Notes: generated by a model from the letters alone, not told the origin. A stretch of DNA of 43,801 bases from Candidatus Zixiibacteriota bacterium (GCA_012517955.1 JAAYTW010000051.1:1-43801), one strand, 5' to 3'; numbered from the stretch's first letter, positions 17,566-27,950 are shown. Numbers and translations are program-made.

Positions 17566-18435
17566 TTGAAAAGAGTGGCGGTTTTCGCGGTAATTTTTAT
17601 AGTTTTGTTGGTGGTGCTCATCACTTTCCTTGCAGTATCAAGGCGCGAGGATTCCGGTAAGGTGGTTTTATCGGGAGTCGTCGAGTCGGTTCAACATGAC
17701 TTATCGTTCAGGATTTCAGGTCTGATAAACCGTATAAATTATGATGAGGGGGACCTGGTTGATTCCGGCGCGGTGATAGCCACGCTCGATTCCAGTGAAC
17801 TTGTGATGTCCGCCGACCAAATGCGCAAAGCTTATCAAGCATCCAGGGCCAATATCGAACAGTTGAACGTTCAGCTTGCGACGGTTAACCGAAATCTCAA
17901 TAAAATAAAAGAACTTCTTCAAACCGGGGCGGCCAATAAGACGCAATTCGATGATTTATCCGACCAGAAACGCGTCTTGCTGGCCCAGTTGGAATATGCC
18001 GCGAAAAACCTGGAATCGCAACAGGCGATGGTCGATCTTGCTGATATCCGGAAAAACTACGCAATCCTCGAATCGCCCGTTAAGGGAAAGGTCGTTTCCC
18101 GCCAATATGAACCCGGTGAAATAGCCGCGCCCGGAGCTCCGGTCGTATCAGTTTCCGACCTGAACGACCTTACAATCAAAGTGTACCTTCCGGAAATCTA
18201 TCTGGGAAGAATCAAATTAGGCGACTCCGTTTTTATCGCTGTTGATTCGTACCCCGGCAAATCATTTTCAGGCAAAATCGTGAACATATCCGATAAAGCC
18301 GAATTCACACCCAAAAACGTGCAGACCAAACAAGAGCGGGTAAAACAGGTGTTCGCATTGAAAATCGCCTGTGATAGTCAGGGGGGAATGTTAAAACCCG
18401 GCTTGCCCTGCGATGTGACCATTCCTCTTAATTGA
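17566..18435 (+). CDS. HlyD-family membrane-fusion/adaptor protein (YbhG-like)
   Basis: 289 aa. TTG start after AGGAGG. N-terminal TM helix, central coiled coil and barrel-sandwich segments. Directly upstream of ABC-2 exporter genes. Confidence 0.85.
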   Translation: MKRVAVFAVIFIVLLVVLITFLAVSRREDSGKVVLSGVVESVQHDLSFRISGLINRINYDEGDLVDSGAVIATLDSSELVMSADQMRKAYQASRANIEQLNVQLATVNRNLNKIKELLQTGAANKTQFDDLSDQKRVLLAQLEYAAKNLESQQAMVDLADIRKNYAILESPVKGKVVSRQYEPGEIAAPGAPVVSVSDLNDLTIKVYLPEIYLGRIKLGDSVFIAVDSYPGKSFSGKIVNISDKAEFTPKNVQTKQERVKQVFALKIACDSQGGMLKPGLPCDVTIPLN

Positions 18436-18468
18436 TACGCCGCGTAAACGGGTGAATCTCATCATAAG

Positions 18469-19380
18469 ATGGCGATAGTAACGGTCGATAGATTGCACAA
18501 ATCGTTCGGCGCCGCCACGGCGCTTGAGGATATCTCGCTTTCCATCGAACCGGGCGAGGTGTTCGGCCTTCTTGGGCCCGACGGCGCCGGTAAAACAACT
18601 CTGATACGCATTCTGGCCGGCGTGATGAAGGCATCTTCAGGGAAGGTTGATATAATGGGTTGCGATATAACCGCCGATATGGATTCGGCCAAAACTCATA
18701 TTGGATATCTTTCGCAGAAGTTCTCGTTGTACCCCAACTTAACGGTGGCCGAAAACATTGATTTCTACAGTCGGTTGTTCGGAGTCGGCAAAATTGAAGC
18801 TGAAAATCGCAAACGGCGTTTATTGGAATTTTCACGGCCTGCTCCTTTCGCGGACAGGCAGGCGCGCCATTTGTCGGGAGGAATGAAACAGAAGTTGGCT
18901 TTGACTTGCGCTCTTATACACACGCCGAAAATATTACTTCTGGATGAGCCTACGACCGGGGTCGATCCGATATCGCGCCGGGAATTCTGGAAAATACTAT
19001 ATGATTTAGTGGCTCAAAAAGTTACCATAATTATAGCCACGCCATATATGGATGAAGCCGAACGAGCCGGTAGGGTGGCCCTTCTATATAAGGGCCGGGT
19101 TTTAAAATGCGCCGCCCCAGAGTCGCTTCGCCGCGAATACCCATATCAACTGGCGGAAGTCGTGACGGACGATTTGCATATTGCCAAGACCCTGTTGGAA
19201 AAAAGATTCGGCGCGGGGAATGTGACGTTTTTCGGGGATAAGCTTCACCTGAAAACTGCTGATTATCGTAGCTTCAGCGAAACCATAAGAGAGCTTTTCG
19301 CCGAATCGCATATCCAATTACTGTCGCTGGAACAAATCGAGCCGCATTTAGAGGATGTATTCATTGACGCAATCAGCTGA
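18469..19380 (+). CDS. ABC transporter ATP-binding protein (ABC-2 type, YbhF half-like)
   Basis: Walker A GPDGAGKTT, signature LSGGMKQK, Walker B LLLDEPT. Confidence 0.9.
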   Translation: MAIVTVDRLHKSFGAATALEDISLSIEPGEVFGLLGPDGAGKTTLIRILAGVMKASSGKVDIMGCDITADMDSAKTHIGYLSQKFSLYPNLTVAENIDFYSRLFGVGKIEAENRKRRLLEFSRPAPFADRQARHLSGGMKQKLALTCALIHTPKILLLDEPTTGVDPISRREFWKILYDLVAQKVTIIIATPYMDEAERAGRVALLYKGRVLKCAAPESLRREYPYQLAEVVTDDLHIAKTLLEKRFGAGNVTFFGDKLHLKTADYRSFSETIRELFAESHIQLLSLEQIEPHLEDVFIDAIS

Positions 19381-20290
19381 ATATTCGGTGGAGGTATTCA
19401 ACCTCCGAAAAAAATTCGGTGATTTTACGGCCGTCGACGATATTTCTTTCGCTGTAAAAAAAGGGGAGGTATTCGGTTTTTTGGGCCCCAACGGCGCCGG
19501 TAAATCGACCACGATAAGAATGCTGTGCGGAATTATCGCCCCGACAAGCGGCCGCGGGACGGTCGGCGGTTTATCTATCACCGGCGATTTGCGTTTGATT
19601 AAGCAATCGATAGGGTATATGTCGCAGAAATTTTCGCTTTACGAAGATCTTTCGCCATTCGAGAATCTCAATTTTTATTCAGGGGTCTATCCGATTGAGC
19701 GCGACAAACGCAAAGCCCGGGTCGCCTGGGCTTTGGCCCTGGCCGGCCTGGAAGACCGTCAAGATGATTTAACCGGAAATCTTTCCGGAGGACAAAAACA
19801 GCGTCTGGCGCTGGCCTGCGCGTTGTTGCATGAACCGGATATACTTTTCCTCGACGAACCAACGGCCGGAGTCGATCCCCTATCGCGGCGTAATTTCTGG
19901 GAGATTATCTATAATCTGTCGCGTTCCGGAGTTACCGTGTTCGTCACCACTCATTATATGGATGAGGCCGAACATTGCGATAGAATCGGCTTTATTAATT
20001 CGGGTAGACTTATCAAAATCGGCTCGCCAAAGGAATTGAAATTGTCGGGTCGAAAATTGGTTGAGATAAGATGCGGCGATTGGTTGGCGGCTTTTCAGAT
20101 ATTGAAAGAGCATGAACAGGAGATCGGGGAATCAACGCTTTTCGGAACTTCAATCCATTTGGCTCCCAAAGAGGATGGTGAAGCGAAAATGACGGAGCTG
20201 CTGGAACAAAGGGGGGTCAAAATCAAGGGCATCAGGCGAATCGCCCCCACATTGGAAGATGTATTCGTTGAATTGTTGAAAGGCGCTTAA
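19355..20290 (+). CDS. ABC transporter ATP-binding protein (ABC-2 type, second YbhF half-like)
   Basis: Walker A GPNGAGKST, signature LSGGQKQR, Walker B LFLDEPT. Overlaps the previous gene by 26 nt. Confidence 0.9.
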   Translation: MYSLTQSAEYSVEVFNLRKKFGDFTAVDDISFAVKKGEVFGFLGPNGAGKSTTIRMLCGIIAPTSGRGTVGGLSITGDLRLIKQSIGYMSQKFSLYEDLSPFENLNFYSGVYPIERDKRKARVAWALALAGLEDRQDDLTGNLSGGQKQRLALACALLHEPDILFLDEPTAGVDPLSRRNFWEIIYNLSRSGVTVFVTTHYMDEAEHCDRIGFINSGRLIKIGSPKELKLSGRKLVEIRCGDWLAAFQILKEHEQEIGESTLFGTSIHLAPKEDGEAKMTELLEQRGVKIKGIRRIAPTLEDVFVELLKGA

Positions 20291-20298
20291 TTGTAGAT

Positions 20299-21426
20299 AT
20301 GCGATACTGGGCCATATTTTCCAAGGAAACCACCCTGATATTGCGGGATACCCAAGCCCTGATAATGACTCTGTTTTTCCCGCTTTTCATGTTGATATTG
20401 TACGGCTACGGCGTTACTTTCGATATCAATAATGTGCCGGCGGCGGTCCTTGATTATTCAAGCGGTCCCACCTCCCGAGATTTGATTCAAAAAATAAACG
20501 CCAGCGGCTATATAACCGCCAATCGCGTTGCCGTAAACTATGATGAAATAAATGAAATGTTGGTAAAGGGCGAAATTATTCTTGCTTTCGTGTTTCCGCC
20601 CGATTTCGAAAATAAAATTCAACGGGGTGACCCGGCCGCGATTCAAGTTCTGGTAAATGGTTCTGACGCCAATACCGGCAGTATCGCTTTGGCTTATCAA
20701 GCCGCGATTATATCATCATACAATGTTTCTCTGATGATTGAAAAGGCCGGGCGGCAGGGCGTATCGGCCAAGACGATATCGCTTATTTCGCCGCGGACCA
20801 GAATCTGGTACAATCCCGAACTGAAATCCGTTCAATTTGTCGCGCCGGGAGTAATCGCGATGGTCATGATGGTTCTTGGCTCGCTTTTAACATCGACGTC
20901 TATTGTTCGCGAGAAAGAATCAGGCACAATCGAAATGCTAATTGCCACCCCGATTAATCAATTGGAACTGGTGTTGGGGAAAATATCGCCCTACATAGCG
21001 GTCTCGTTGATTTCCGGGGTAATAGTGGTTTTATTCAGCCACTTCGTTATGGGAGTTCCGATAAAAGGGAATCTCGGCCTTCTATTTTTAGGCGGTTTGT
21101 TGTATTTGACCTGCGCGCTGGGATTTGGAATTTTCTCCTCGGCGGTCGCCAATACGGTTAATACGGCCAATATCCTGGCGGTGTTTATAAGCTTGTTGCC
21201 GTCGATTTTACTTTCGGGCTTTATTTTTCCTATTGAGAGCATGCCGCGAGCCGTTCAGTTGGTCACTTATATCGTTCCGGCGAGATATTTTATCTCGATT
21301 CTTACAGGAATTTTCTTGAAAGGGGTCGGCTTGCTGACACTCTGGCCCGAATTCATGTTTTTATTAATTTTCGGAACGGTGCTTTTGTTAATATCGGCGT
21401 CTCTTTTTAAAAAGAGAATTGATTGA
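20299..21426 (+). CDS. ABC-2 family permease (YbhS/YbhR-like)
   Basis: 375 aa. One N-terminal TM, a large extracytoplasmic loop, then 5 TM. Contains the RIWYNPELKS motif shared with its paralog. Confidence 0.85.
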   Translation: MRYWAIFSKETTLILRDTQALIMTLFFPLFMLILYGYGVTFDINNVPAAVLDYSSGPTSRDLIQKINASGYITANRVAVNYDEINEMLVKGEIILAFVFPPDFENKIQRGDPAAIQVLVNGSDANTGSIALAYQAAIISSYNVSLMIEKAGRQGVSAKTISLISPRTRIWYNPELKSVQFVAPGVIAMVMMVLGSLLTSTSIVREKESGTIEMLIATPINQLELVLGKISPYIAVSLISGVIVVLFSHFVMGVPIKGNLGLLFLGGLLYLTCALGFGIFSSAVANTVNTANILAVFISLLPSILLSGFIFPIESMPRAVQLVTYIVPARYFISILTGIFLKGVGLLTLWPEFMFLLIFGTVLLLISASLFKKRID

Positions 21427-22550
21427 TGTTCCGGCGGATTTACCACTTATCGTTGAAAGAACTTATTCAAACCCTGCGGGATCGCCGTTCGGTCGGGTTG
21501 CTTCTGATAGCGCCGTTATTTCAGCTGTTGATTTTCGGATATGTGGCCACGACCGATTTGAAAAGGTCATCGCTGGTGGTCTGCGACTACTCGTCGACTC
21601 CCCAAAGCCGCGAATTTGTCCGGGCTTTCACTTCCTCGGGATATTTCGAAGATGATTATTATGTCCGTTCTGAAAATGAAATCGATAATTACCTCGACAG
21701 AGGGAAAGCCGTGGCTGCCATGGTCATTCCCGGCGATTTCGCGGCCTGCCTGGAAAAAGGGAAACCGGTTTCGGTCGGATTCATTCTGGACGGCGCCAAT
21801 TCAAACCGGGCGACTATTTTAAGCGGATATATCGAATTTATCACCAGCGATTATTCAAGCAAAATAGCCAAGCAGGTGTTGAGCCGAGCCGGACGCGAAA
21901 TGCGACCTTTGATAAATATCGAACCGCGAGTTTGGTTCAATCCCGAACTGAAATCGGTAAACTATATGGTGCCGGGAGTAATGGGGATGCTGACCATGAT
22001 ATTACTGATGAATATAACATCGCTTTGTATTGTGAGAGAGCGCGAGGTCGGCACCGCCGAACAATTAGTGGTTACCCCAATCAAACCGATCGAACTGATA
22101 ATCGGCAAAACGATTCCGGCGGCTTTTGCCGGTTTTCTGGTAACAACGCTGGTGCTGGTTTTCGGATTGGTTTGGTTCAATATCGATTTCGCGGGTTCCG
22201 TCTGGCTTCTTTATTTATTTGCGGCTTTTTTTATGTTTTGTGCGATATCGATGGGATTGATGATTTCGACATATTCACAAACAGGCGATCAGGCTATTTG
22301 GGCAAGTATGTTCTTTATGGTGCCGAACATGCTGCTCTCCGGCTTTATTTTTCCGATAAACAATATGCCTAAAATCGTCCAGTACATTACCTATTGCCTT
22401 CCGATGAGATATTATCTGAAAATAATTAGAGGTATTTTCCTTCAGGGGGCGGGTTTTATTCAACTCTGGCCGCAGGCGGCCGCTCTATTCGGATGGGGCG
22501 TTTTGGTGGCTGTCTTTGCCGCTTTAAGGCTTCGCCGACATTTAATTTGA
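21423..22550 (+). CDS. ABC-2 family permease (YbhS/YbhR-like paralog)
   Basis: 375 aa. Same architecture as the previous gene (RVWFNPELKS). 4-nt overlap with the previous gene. Confidence 0.85.
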   Translation: MMFRRIYHLSLKELIQTLRDRRSVGLLLIAPLFQLLIFGYVATTDLKRSSLVVCDYSSTPQSREFVRAFTSSGYFEDDYYVRSENEIDNYLDRGKAVAAMVIPGDFAACLEKGKPVSVGFILDGANSNRATILSGYIEFITSDYSSKIAKQVLSRAGREMRPLINIEPRVWFNPELKSVNYMVPGVMGMLTMILLMNITSLCIVREREVGTAEQLVVTPIKPIELIIGKTIPAAFAGFLVTTLVLVFGLVWFNIDFAGSVWLLYLFAAFFMFCAISMGLMISTYSQTGDQAIWASMFFMVPNMLLSGFIFPINNMPKIVQYITYCLPMRYYLKIIRGIFLQGAGFIQLWPQAAALFGWGVLVAVFAALRLRRHLI

Positions 22551-22607
22551 TATTCTGGAATAAAAGGCTGGTTGAAGCGTATTAATAATAGCGGCGAGGA
22601 GAACGTG

Positions 22608-22853
22608 ATGGAAATAGGTCAAAAAATAACCCTTCTGATAACAACCATGTTCGCCGTGGTGTTTATCGCGATTGGCGGCGGAATCTTGCTTCATATATTT
22701 TTGCCCCAGGCGCAACTATCCGTAGGAATGCGGATTATGTTCGGCGGGGCGATTTTTATTTACGGGATTATTCGAGCTGTGGGAGCCATTCGAAAAATCC
22801 GGCGGTATAGTCGGAGCGAACAGACAACTACAATCGACGAAAGGAAGCCGTAA
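22608..22853 (+). CDS. Small two-TM membrane protein, unknown function
   Basis: Track ORF 22572..22853 trimmed to ATG 22608, which follows GAGGAG. Two hydrophobic helices and a basic C-terminal tail. Confidence 0.4.
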   Translation: MEIGQKITLLITTMFAVVFIAIGGGILLHIFLPQAQLSVGMRIMFGGAIFIYGIIRAVGAIRKIRRYSRSEQTTTIDERKP

Positions 22854-22867
22854 CTAATAAAAAAAGC

Positions 22868-22895
22868 TTGACTTAATAAAGGCAATTAGTATTAT
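22868..22895 (+). promoter_or_regulatory. Candidate sigma70-type promoter (TTGACT-16-TATTAT) for the TPR / Ton gene cluster
   Basis: TTGACT at 22868-22873, 16-nt spacer, TATTAT at 22890-22895. About 40 nt upstream of the ATG at 22935. Confidence 0.35.
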
Positions 22896-22934
22896 ACAAA
22901 TTCAGTTTTTGGGGAAAACGCAACGGGAAAACAG

Positions 22935-24653
22935 ATGGAAAAAAAGAGGATGACAGTGTTAAGAAAAAACGCTATAGCTTTGTTGATTATTTTTGCTGTC
23001 CAAATCGCCTGGGCGTCTCCGATTGATGAGCTTGTAAAACGAGTAAAAAGCGATATTGACCGCGGCAACTACGATTTGGCCATGACCCAGACCGATTCGG
23101 CATTGGCGATTACTCCCAGCGATTTCAAATTAATTCGGTTGAAAGCCGATATTTTCTTCGCCCAAAATTTATCCGATTCTGCTTTAAAATACTATGAACT
23201 GACCTTATCTCAAAAACCAAAAGACCCCGACGCCCTTTGCGGCGCTGGAATTTCGGCGATTAACCTAAATCAAACAACCAAAGCGCTTGATTATTTCACT
23301 CGCGGAACGAAATCCGGTAAACGCAAAGCCGAATTTCTATATGGGCTGGGTTTGGCCCAGATGCAGTCAGGGTCGCTCGCGGAAGCCGATGTTACCATGC
23401 GGAAAGCAATCAAGGCCGACCCGAAAAATCCCAGATACCACGAAGGTTGGGCGGATGTTAATTTTAAGAAAGAGGTGTGGTCGTTCGCTATAACCGGATA
23501 TCAGGAGGCGATTAGGCTTGATTCCACCAACGGTCAGTTATACAACAAGCTTGCTAGAGCTCAATTCCAATCGCGCCAATTCAATGAAGCGATAGCCAAT
23601 TTTAAAACTTTCTTGAAATTCGTGCCCGACGATACCGCGGCTTGGTTTGATGTCGGTCGCATATTTCTGGCCTCGAAAAATTACGCCGAAGCCGCATACT
23701 GTTTTACAAAATTGACTGAATTGAGGCCCAATAACGGCGAATATTGGTACGACTTGGGCGAAAGCTATTATAACTTAAAAGAATACGAGAAATGCGGCGA
23801 GGCTCTCGAAAAAGCCGTGACCATGAATTTTAAAGTCGCCGAGTCGTATAAAATGTTGGCCAAAGTGTATCAACTTCGTAAAGAATATTACAAAGCCGAT
23901 TCGGCATACACCAGATACGAGAACGCCATGGGACAGCCGCAAGAGGCCGATTACTGGATTGACAAAGGCAAGGTCATGATAAACATCGGCAAAACCAATC
24001 CGGAATTTCTCGAACGGGCTATAGCGGCTTTCGATAAAGCAATCTCGCTTGATTCCCTTAATTCAGCCGCGCTTGAATATGCCGGTTTGGTTCGTTACTA
24101 CAAAGAAAATTACGGCGCCGCCATTCCGTATTTCGAAAAGAAGGTCGCGCTCGATGGAGACAATGTCAGCGCAAACACTCTCCGCAATTTGGCGTTTTGC
24201 TATTTAAAAATCGAAAATTACAACAAATCGGCGTCAACATTGGAAGAGGCGATTAAACTAAAACCCGACGACGCCGCTATGCATCAGATGCTTGGTAACA
24301 TCTATAAGTTCCGCGGGTCGCCCGAAAACGGCCTATTGACGAAAGCCATTGACCATCTCAAAATAGCGCTTAAAGATACGACGGGGACTATTCAAAACGG
24401 CGAAAAATGCAAGATAAAAGGCGATATCGGTTATTGCTATGTTATATTGCGAGATTGCGATAACGCTATTCCTTATCTGGAACAGGCGGTGGTGTGCAAT
24501 CCCAAAGACGAAGGCGTGAACTTAAGTATGGCCCAGGCATATCATCTGTGCAACAGATTAAAAGACGCCAACGCCTATTACGAAAAAACTCTCGAAATCA
24601 ATCCCAAAAATAAACTTGCCATAGAGGGGCGTGCCAGGACCACTATTCGTTAA
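22935..24653 (+). CDS. Exported multi-TPR repeat protein
   Basis: 572 aa. Signal peptide ending IAWA. More than 10 TPR-like 34-aa units (for example YWYDLGESYYNLKEYEKCGEALEKAV). Confidence 0.8.
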   Translation: MEKKRMTVLRKNAIALLIIFAVQIAWASPIDELVKRVKSDIDRGNYDLAMTQTDSALAITPSDFKLIRLKADIFFAQNLSDSALKYYELTLSQKPKDPDALCGAGISAINLNQTTKALDYFTRGTKSGKRKAEFLYGLGLAQMQSGSLAEADVTMRKAIKADPKNPRYHEGWADVNFKKEVWSFAITGYQEAIRLDSTNGQLYNKLARAQFQSRQFNEAIANFKTFLKFVPDDTAAWFDVGRIFLASKNYAEAAYCFTKLTELRPNNGEYWYDLGESYYNLKEYEKCGEALEKAVTMNFKVAESYKMLAKVYQLRKEYYKADSAYTRYENAMGQPQEADYWIDKGKVMINIGKTNPEFLERAIAAFDKAISLDSLNSAALEYAGLVRYYKENYGAAIPYFEKKVALDGDNVSANTLRNLAFCYLKIENYNKSASTLEEAIKLKPDDAAMHQMLGNIYKFRGSPENGLLTKAIDHLKIALKDTTGTIQNGEKCKIKGDIGYCYVILRDCDNAIPYLEQAVVCNPKDEGVNLSMAQAYHLCNRLKDANAYYEKTLEINPKNKLAIEGRARTTIR

Positions 24654-24678
24654 TTATTAAGCAAATTTAGGAGATATT

Positions 24679-25377
24679 ATGGCAAAAGACGAAAAAATAG
24701 ATCCGAGAGAGCTTCGTTTTAATTATCTCGGATTCGAATATTTGCCTGGAAAACTTAAGGAGTTTTGGGCGTCGGAAGACGAGAAAAAGAAATACCTCGA
24801 AAAAATCCGCGAGCGCAGAAATACCCAAATTTCGATGGAACGCGATTTTTCGATTGTTAACGCCGGCCTTCTCAATAAAGCCGACCGAATCTTTATTTCG
24901 CTGGCGTCAGCCTTGATGATTCTTTCATTATTTATGCCCTATTACAGTTTTACGGCGTTTGGCAGGCATGTTTCGGGCATGTCGTTGAGTTACCTGTTCA
25001 ATATCGGTTATGTCAGCAATATAACGGCCTGGGGCAGCCTTTTAATGAAATTGATTTTGGTGATGTCGGTTATTCTTATCATTATCTCACCGGTGGTTGG
25101 AATAATCAATATACTCGCTTTAAATAAAAGCCAGAACAAACCAGATTACTATAAAGGCGTCAAGTCAGCCGGTCGGTTGAATGTTATCGCGCTTCTATTA
25201 TACTTATTGTTTTTTGTGCTTTTGGCCACCGGACAGGCGAACCCCTTTGGCTCGCTTGGTATCGAGGCGCTTGGCGAGACGCTAAGCCTGGGAAGTTTGA
25301 TTCGCATGTCGGGTTATGCGATTTGGGTTAATCTTGGCGCCCATATTTTGGGTATGTTACCGGCTTTGGAATTATAA
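24679..25377 (+). CDS. Membrane protein of unknown function (charged 65-aa N-terminal domain plus about 4 TM helices)
   Basis: 232-aa ORF with an AGGAG RBS. Sits 34 nt upstream of exbB on the same strand. I recognise no family motif. Confidence 0.55.
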   Translation: MAKDEKIDPRELRFNYLGFEYLPGKLKEFWASEDEKKKYLEKIRERRNTQISMERDFSIVNAGLLNKADRIFISLASALMILSLFMPYYSFTAFGRHVSGMSLSYLFNIGYVSNITAWGSLLMKLILVMSVILIIISPVVGIINILALNKSQNKPDYYKGVKSAGRLNVIALLLYLLFFVLLATGQANPFGSLGIEALGETLSLGSLIRMSGYAIWVNLGAHILGMLPALEL

Positions 25378-25411
25378 TGAACGAAAACATAATAAAATCA
25401 GGAGGAATTAA

Positions 25412-26143
25412 GTGAAACAATCAGTCTTCATGATCGTCATACTGCTGATCTCACTGGCGGTAGGGTTCATAATCTGGGCGCAATTTTTACCCGATTATTT
25501 ACGCGAGGGTGGTCCACTGGTCGCGGTATTAATCGCTTTATTGGTGATGTTAATCGGTTTTATCATTGAAAGATGGCTTACTTTGAGAGTGGCACGCGGT
25601 AAATCATCCGTACAAGCCTTTTTCAAAAAAGTAATCACTTTGCTCCAAGACAACGATTTTGAGGGCGCGGTGGCTGCCTGCGATAAGCAAAGAGGGAGTG
25701 TCGCCAATATTCTTCGCGCCGGCATAGAAAGATACAACGCTGTTAAAGGGGATAAAGCTCTTCCCGCCGAAAAGAAAGTCGCCGAAACCCAGAGAGCTAT
25801 CGAAGAGGCCAATGCTCTCGAAGTGCCGCTTCTGGAACGGAACCTGATAGCCCTTTCGACAATCGCCTCAATCGCGACTATGGTCGGTCTGCTCGGCACC
25901 ACAATCGGTATGATTAGGGCTTTTGCGGCCACCGGCCATCGTAAAGGCGGCGTTATCGATGCCCAACAGCTGGCCGTTGGTATTTCCGAAGCTTTGGTAA
26001 ACACCGCCGGCGGTCTGATAACGGCTATCGTGGGTATCGTGGCTTACAACGTATTCGTGAATAAAGTGGATACTTTTAATTATACAATTGAAGAAGCCTC
26101 GTATGAAGTCATGCAGTTGATTAAATCGAAAGAGAGCAGTTGA
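25412..26143 (+). CDS. exbB: MotA/TolQ/ExbB proton-channel protein
   Basis: 243 aa, GTG start after GGAGGA. Contains GLLGTTIGMIRAF and ALVNTAGGL motifs. Confidence 0.85.
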   Translation: MKQSVFMIVILLISLAVGFIIWAQFLPDYLREGGPLVAVLIALLVMLIGFIIERWLTLRVARGKSSVQAFFKKVITLLQDNDFEGAVAACDKQRGSVANILRAGIERYNAVKGDKALPAEKKVAETQRAIEEANALEVPLLERNLIALSTIASIATMVGLLGTTIGMIRAFAATGHRKGGVIDAQQLAVGISEALVNTAGGLITAIVGIVAYNVFVNKVDTFNYTIEEASYEVMQLIKSKESS

Positions 26144-26613
26144 TGTCCAAAAAACCAAAAAGAAGAATCGGTATTGCCATCGATATGACGCCAATGGTGG
26201 ATATTGGATTCTTGCTGTTAATCTTTTACATGACCACGACGCAATTCAAACCGCCGGAACGCGAACATGTTACGTTGCCGGCTTCACATTCGGAAATCAA
26301 GGTGCCTGATGCGGGTTTGATTAATATCACTATCAACAGCAGCGATAATATCTTTATTGAATATGTTACGAAAAATGAGCAAACCGGCGAAATTTATCGC
26401 GAATCGCCGGAAGTAACGCTTAATACGCTGAACTCGGAATTGGCCAAAGCCAGGTTGAAATTCCCCAGCGCTTACATATTAATCAAAGCCGACAAAGATT
26501 CAAAATACGGCACTATCAGAGAAGTGATGAATACGCTTCAAGATGTGAAGATAGACCACTTTTCCCTGATGACCGAAATGAAGTCCGACCAAATCGCGCC
26601 ATCGGCGCTGTAG
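26143..26613 (+). CDS. exbD: ExbD/TolR biopolymer transport protein
   Basis: Contains IDMTPMVDIGFLLLIFYM. The ATG overlaps the exbB stop (TGATG). Confidence 0.85.
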   Translation: MSKKPKRRIGIAIDMTPMVDIGFLLLIFYMTTTQFKPPEREHVTLPASHSEIKVPDAGLINITINSSDNIFIEYVTKNEQTGEIYRESPEVTLNTLNSELAKARLKFPSAYILIKADKDSKYGTIREVMNTLQDVKIDHFSLMTEMKSDQIAPSAL

Positions 26614-26628
26614 AGGAGGTGATATCTA

Positions 26629-27219
26629 ATGGGAGCAGTAGACCAACCCCAACGACCGGCTAAAACCAAAGGCAAGGGACTTCGCCGTCCCAAACGGCGT
26701 ATCGGTATCCGTATCGACATGACTCCTATGGTGGATATCGCTTTTCTATTATTGATTTTCTACATGGTCACCACCATCTTTTCGGCGCCGCAATCGATGG
26801 AAATCGTGTTGCCGCCGAAAGAGGCCAAAGAAAATAAGGTTGATGTCGGTAAATCCAATCTCTTGGAGATTTTGGTTGATGTTGACGGCAATATCTTCTG
26901 GCAAAATGACAGGGCCGATAAACCCATGCCGTTGCCGGAATATTTACCCAAACAAAACTTACGGAAATTCCTGCTTGAAAAAAATCAGCAAAATCCGAAG
27001 TTAGTGACAATCATTCGACTTGAAAAAAACAGCAGATTCGAAGATATGGTTGATATTTTCGATGAAATTCAGGTCGTTGAAAGATTATTCAAGCAAACCG
27101 ACCCCACCTGGTCATATAAACGAAGCTTGCTTGATATGACCGAATGGGAATATCAATTGCTTCAACAGGCAAAAGCGGCTATGGGGGGAATACCCAAACC
27201 GGCGGGAGGTACATCATGA
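26629..27219 (+). CDS. exbD: ExbD/TolR biopolymer transport protein (second paralog)
   Basis: Contains IDMTPMVDIAFLLLIFYM. GGAGG RBS. Confidence 0.8.
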   Translation: MGAVDQPQRPAKTKGKGLRRPKRRIGIRIDMTPMVDIAFLLLIFYMVTTIFSAPQSMEIVLPPKEAKENKVDVGKSNLLEILVDVDGNIFWQNDRADKPMPLPEYLPKQNLRKFLLEKNQQNPKLVTIIRLEKNSRFEDMVDIFDEIQVVERLFKQTDPTWSYKRSLLDMTEWEYQLLQQAKAAMGGIPKPAGGTS

Positions 27220-27950
27220 GCTCATATTCAATTTTGGCCGGTTATGGCAACTTCGAGCTTAAACGGGCGTATAGGCGCAACATGACTTTAGGCATGCTAA
27301 TCGCCAGCGCCTTGGCTTTGTTTTCCGTCGGAAGCGTTACGCTTATCAGCAAAATATCGAGCAAACCGCCGGAGGCCGTCGGCACCATCACGTTGAAAAG
27401 TATTCAAGACCTCGGCGCTCCTCCGCCTGTTGCGCAAGCCGATGTGCCTATCAATCCGAATATTGAACAGACTGTAAAACCCACCGTAGGTGTGCCTACG
27501 CCGGTACCCGATGAACAAGCTCCGGAAGAAGCCACAATCGCTACACAGGATCAATTATCTCAAATGGCGGCTCCGGCTCCGGTTGTTGACCTGGAACAGA
27601 TTGGCAATAAAGAAATCAATGTCGAAAACATGGAAGAACTTTTGCCTAAACCGGATGAATTTGTGGCTTATGAGGAAGCCCCATCTCCTATTGAACAGGT
27701 GACGCCGGTGTACCCGGAAATGGCCCGTCAAGCTCAGGTTGAGGGCGTAGTATGGGTAAAATCGCTGGTTGACAAGGACGGCAGGGTTCGCGATGTGATT
27801 ATCGTAAAACCATCGGGAGCAAATGCCGGTTTTGAAGAAGCGGCGATTGAAGCTGCCAGAAAAACTATCTGGAAACCGGCTATTTCAAATGGACAGCCGG
27901 TGGCCGTTTGGGTTTCTTATAAAATCGAATTTGTCCTCAAATCGCGATAG
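27216..27950 (+). CDS. tonB: TonB-family energy transducer
   Basis: Track ORF 27144..27950 trimmed to ATG 27216 (ATGA overlap with the exbD stop). N-terminal TM, Pro-rich linker (PPPVAQADVPINP...VPTPVPDEQAPEE) and a TonB C-terminal domain (VYPEMARQAQVEGVVWV...). Confidence 0.8.
   Translation: MSSYSILAGYGNFELKRAYRRNMTLGMLIASALALFSVGSVTLISKISSKPPEAVGTITLKSIQDLGAPPPVAQADVPINPNIEQTVKPTVGVPTPVPDEQAPEEATIATQDQLSQMAAPAPVVDLEQIGNKEINVENMEELLPKPDEFVAYEEAPSPIEQVTPVYPEMARQAQVEGVVWVKSLVDKDGRVRDVIIVKPSGANAGFEEAAIEAARKTIWKPAISNGQPVAVWVSYKIEFVLKSR

Noticed and set aside
18469-20290. The two adjacent ATPase ORFs as a frameshifted pseudogene of a fused YbhF-type double-ATPase.
   Set aside because: Each ORF has a complete Walker A, signature and Walker B set plus its own C-terminal domain. 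The second has its own ATG within a 26-nt overlap. A natural split-gene arrangement is the simpler reading.
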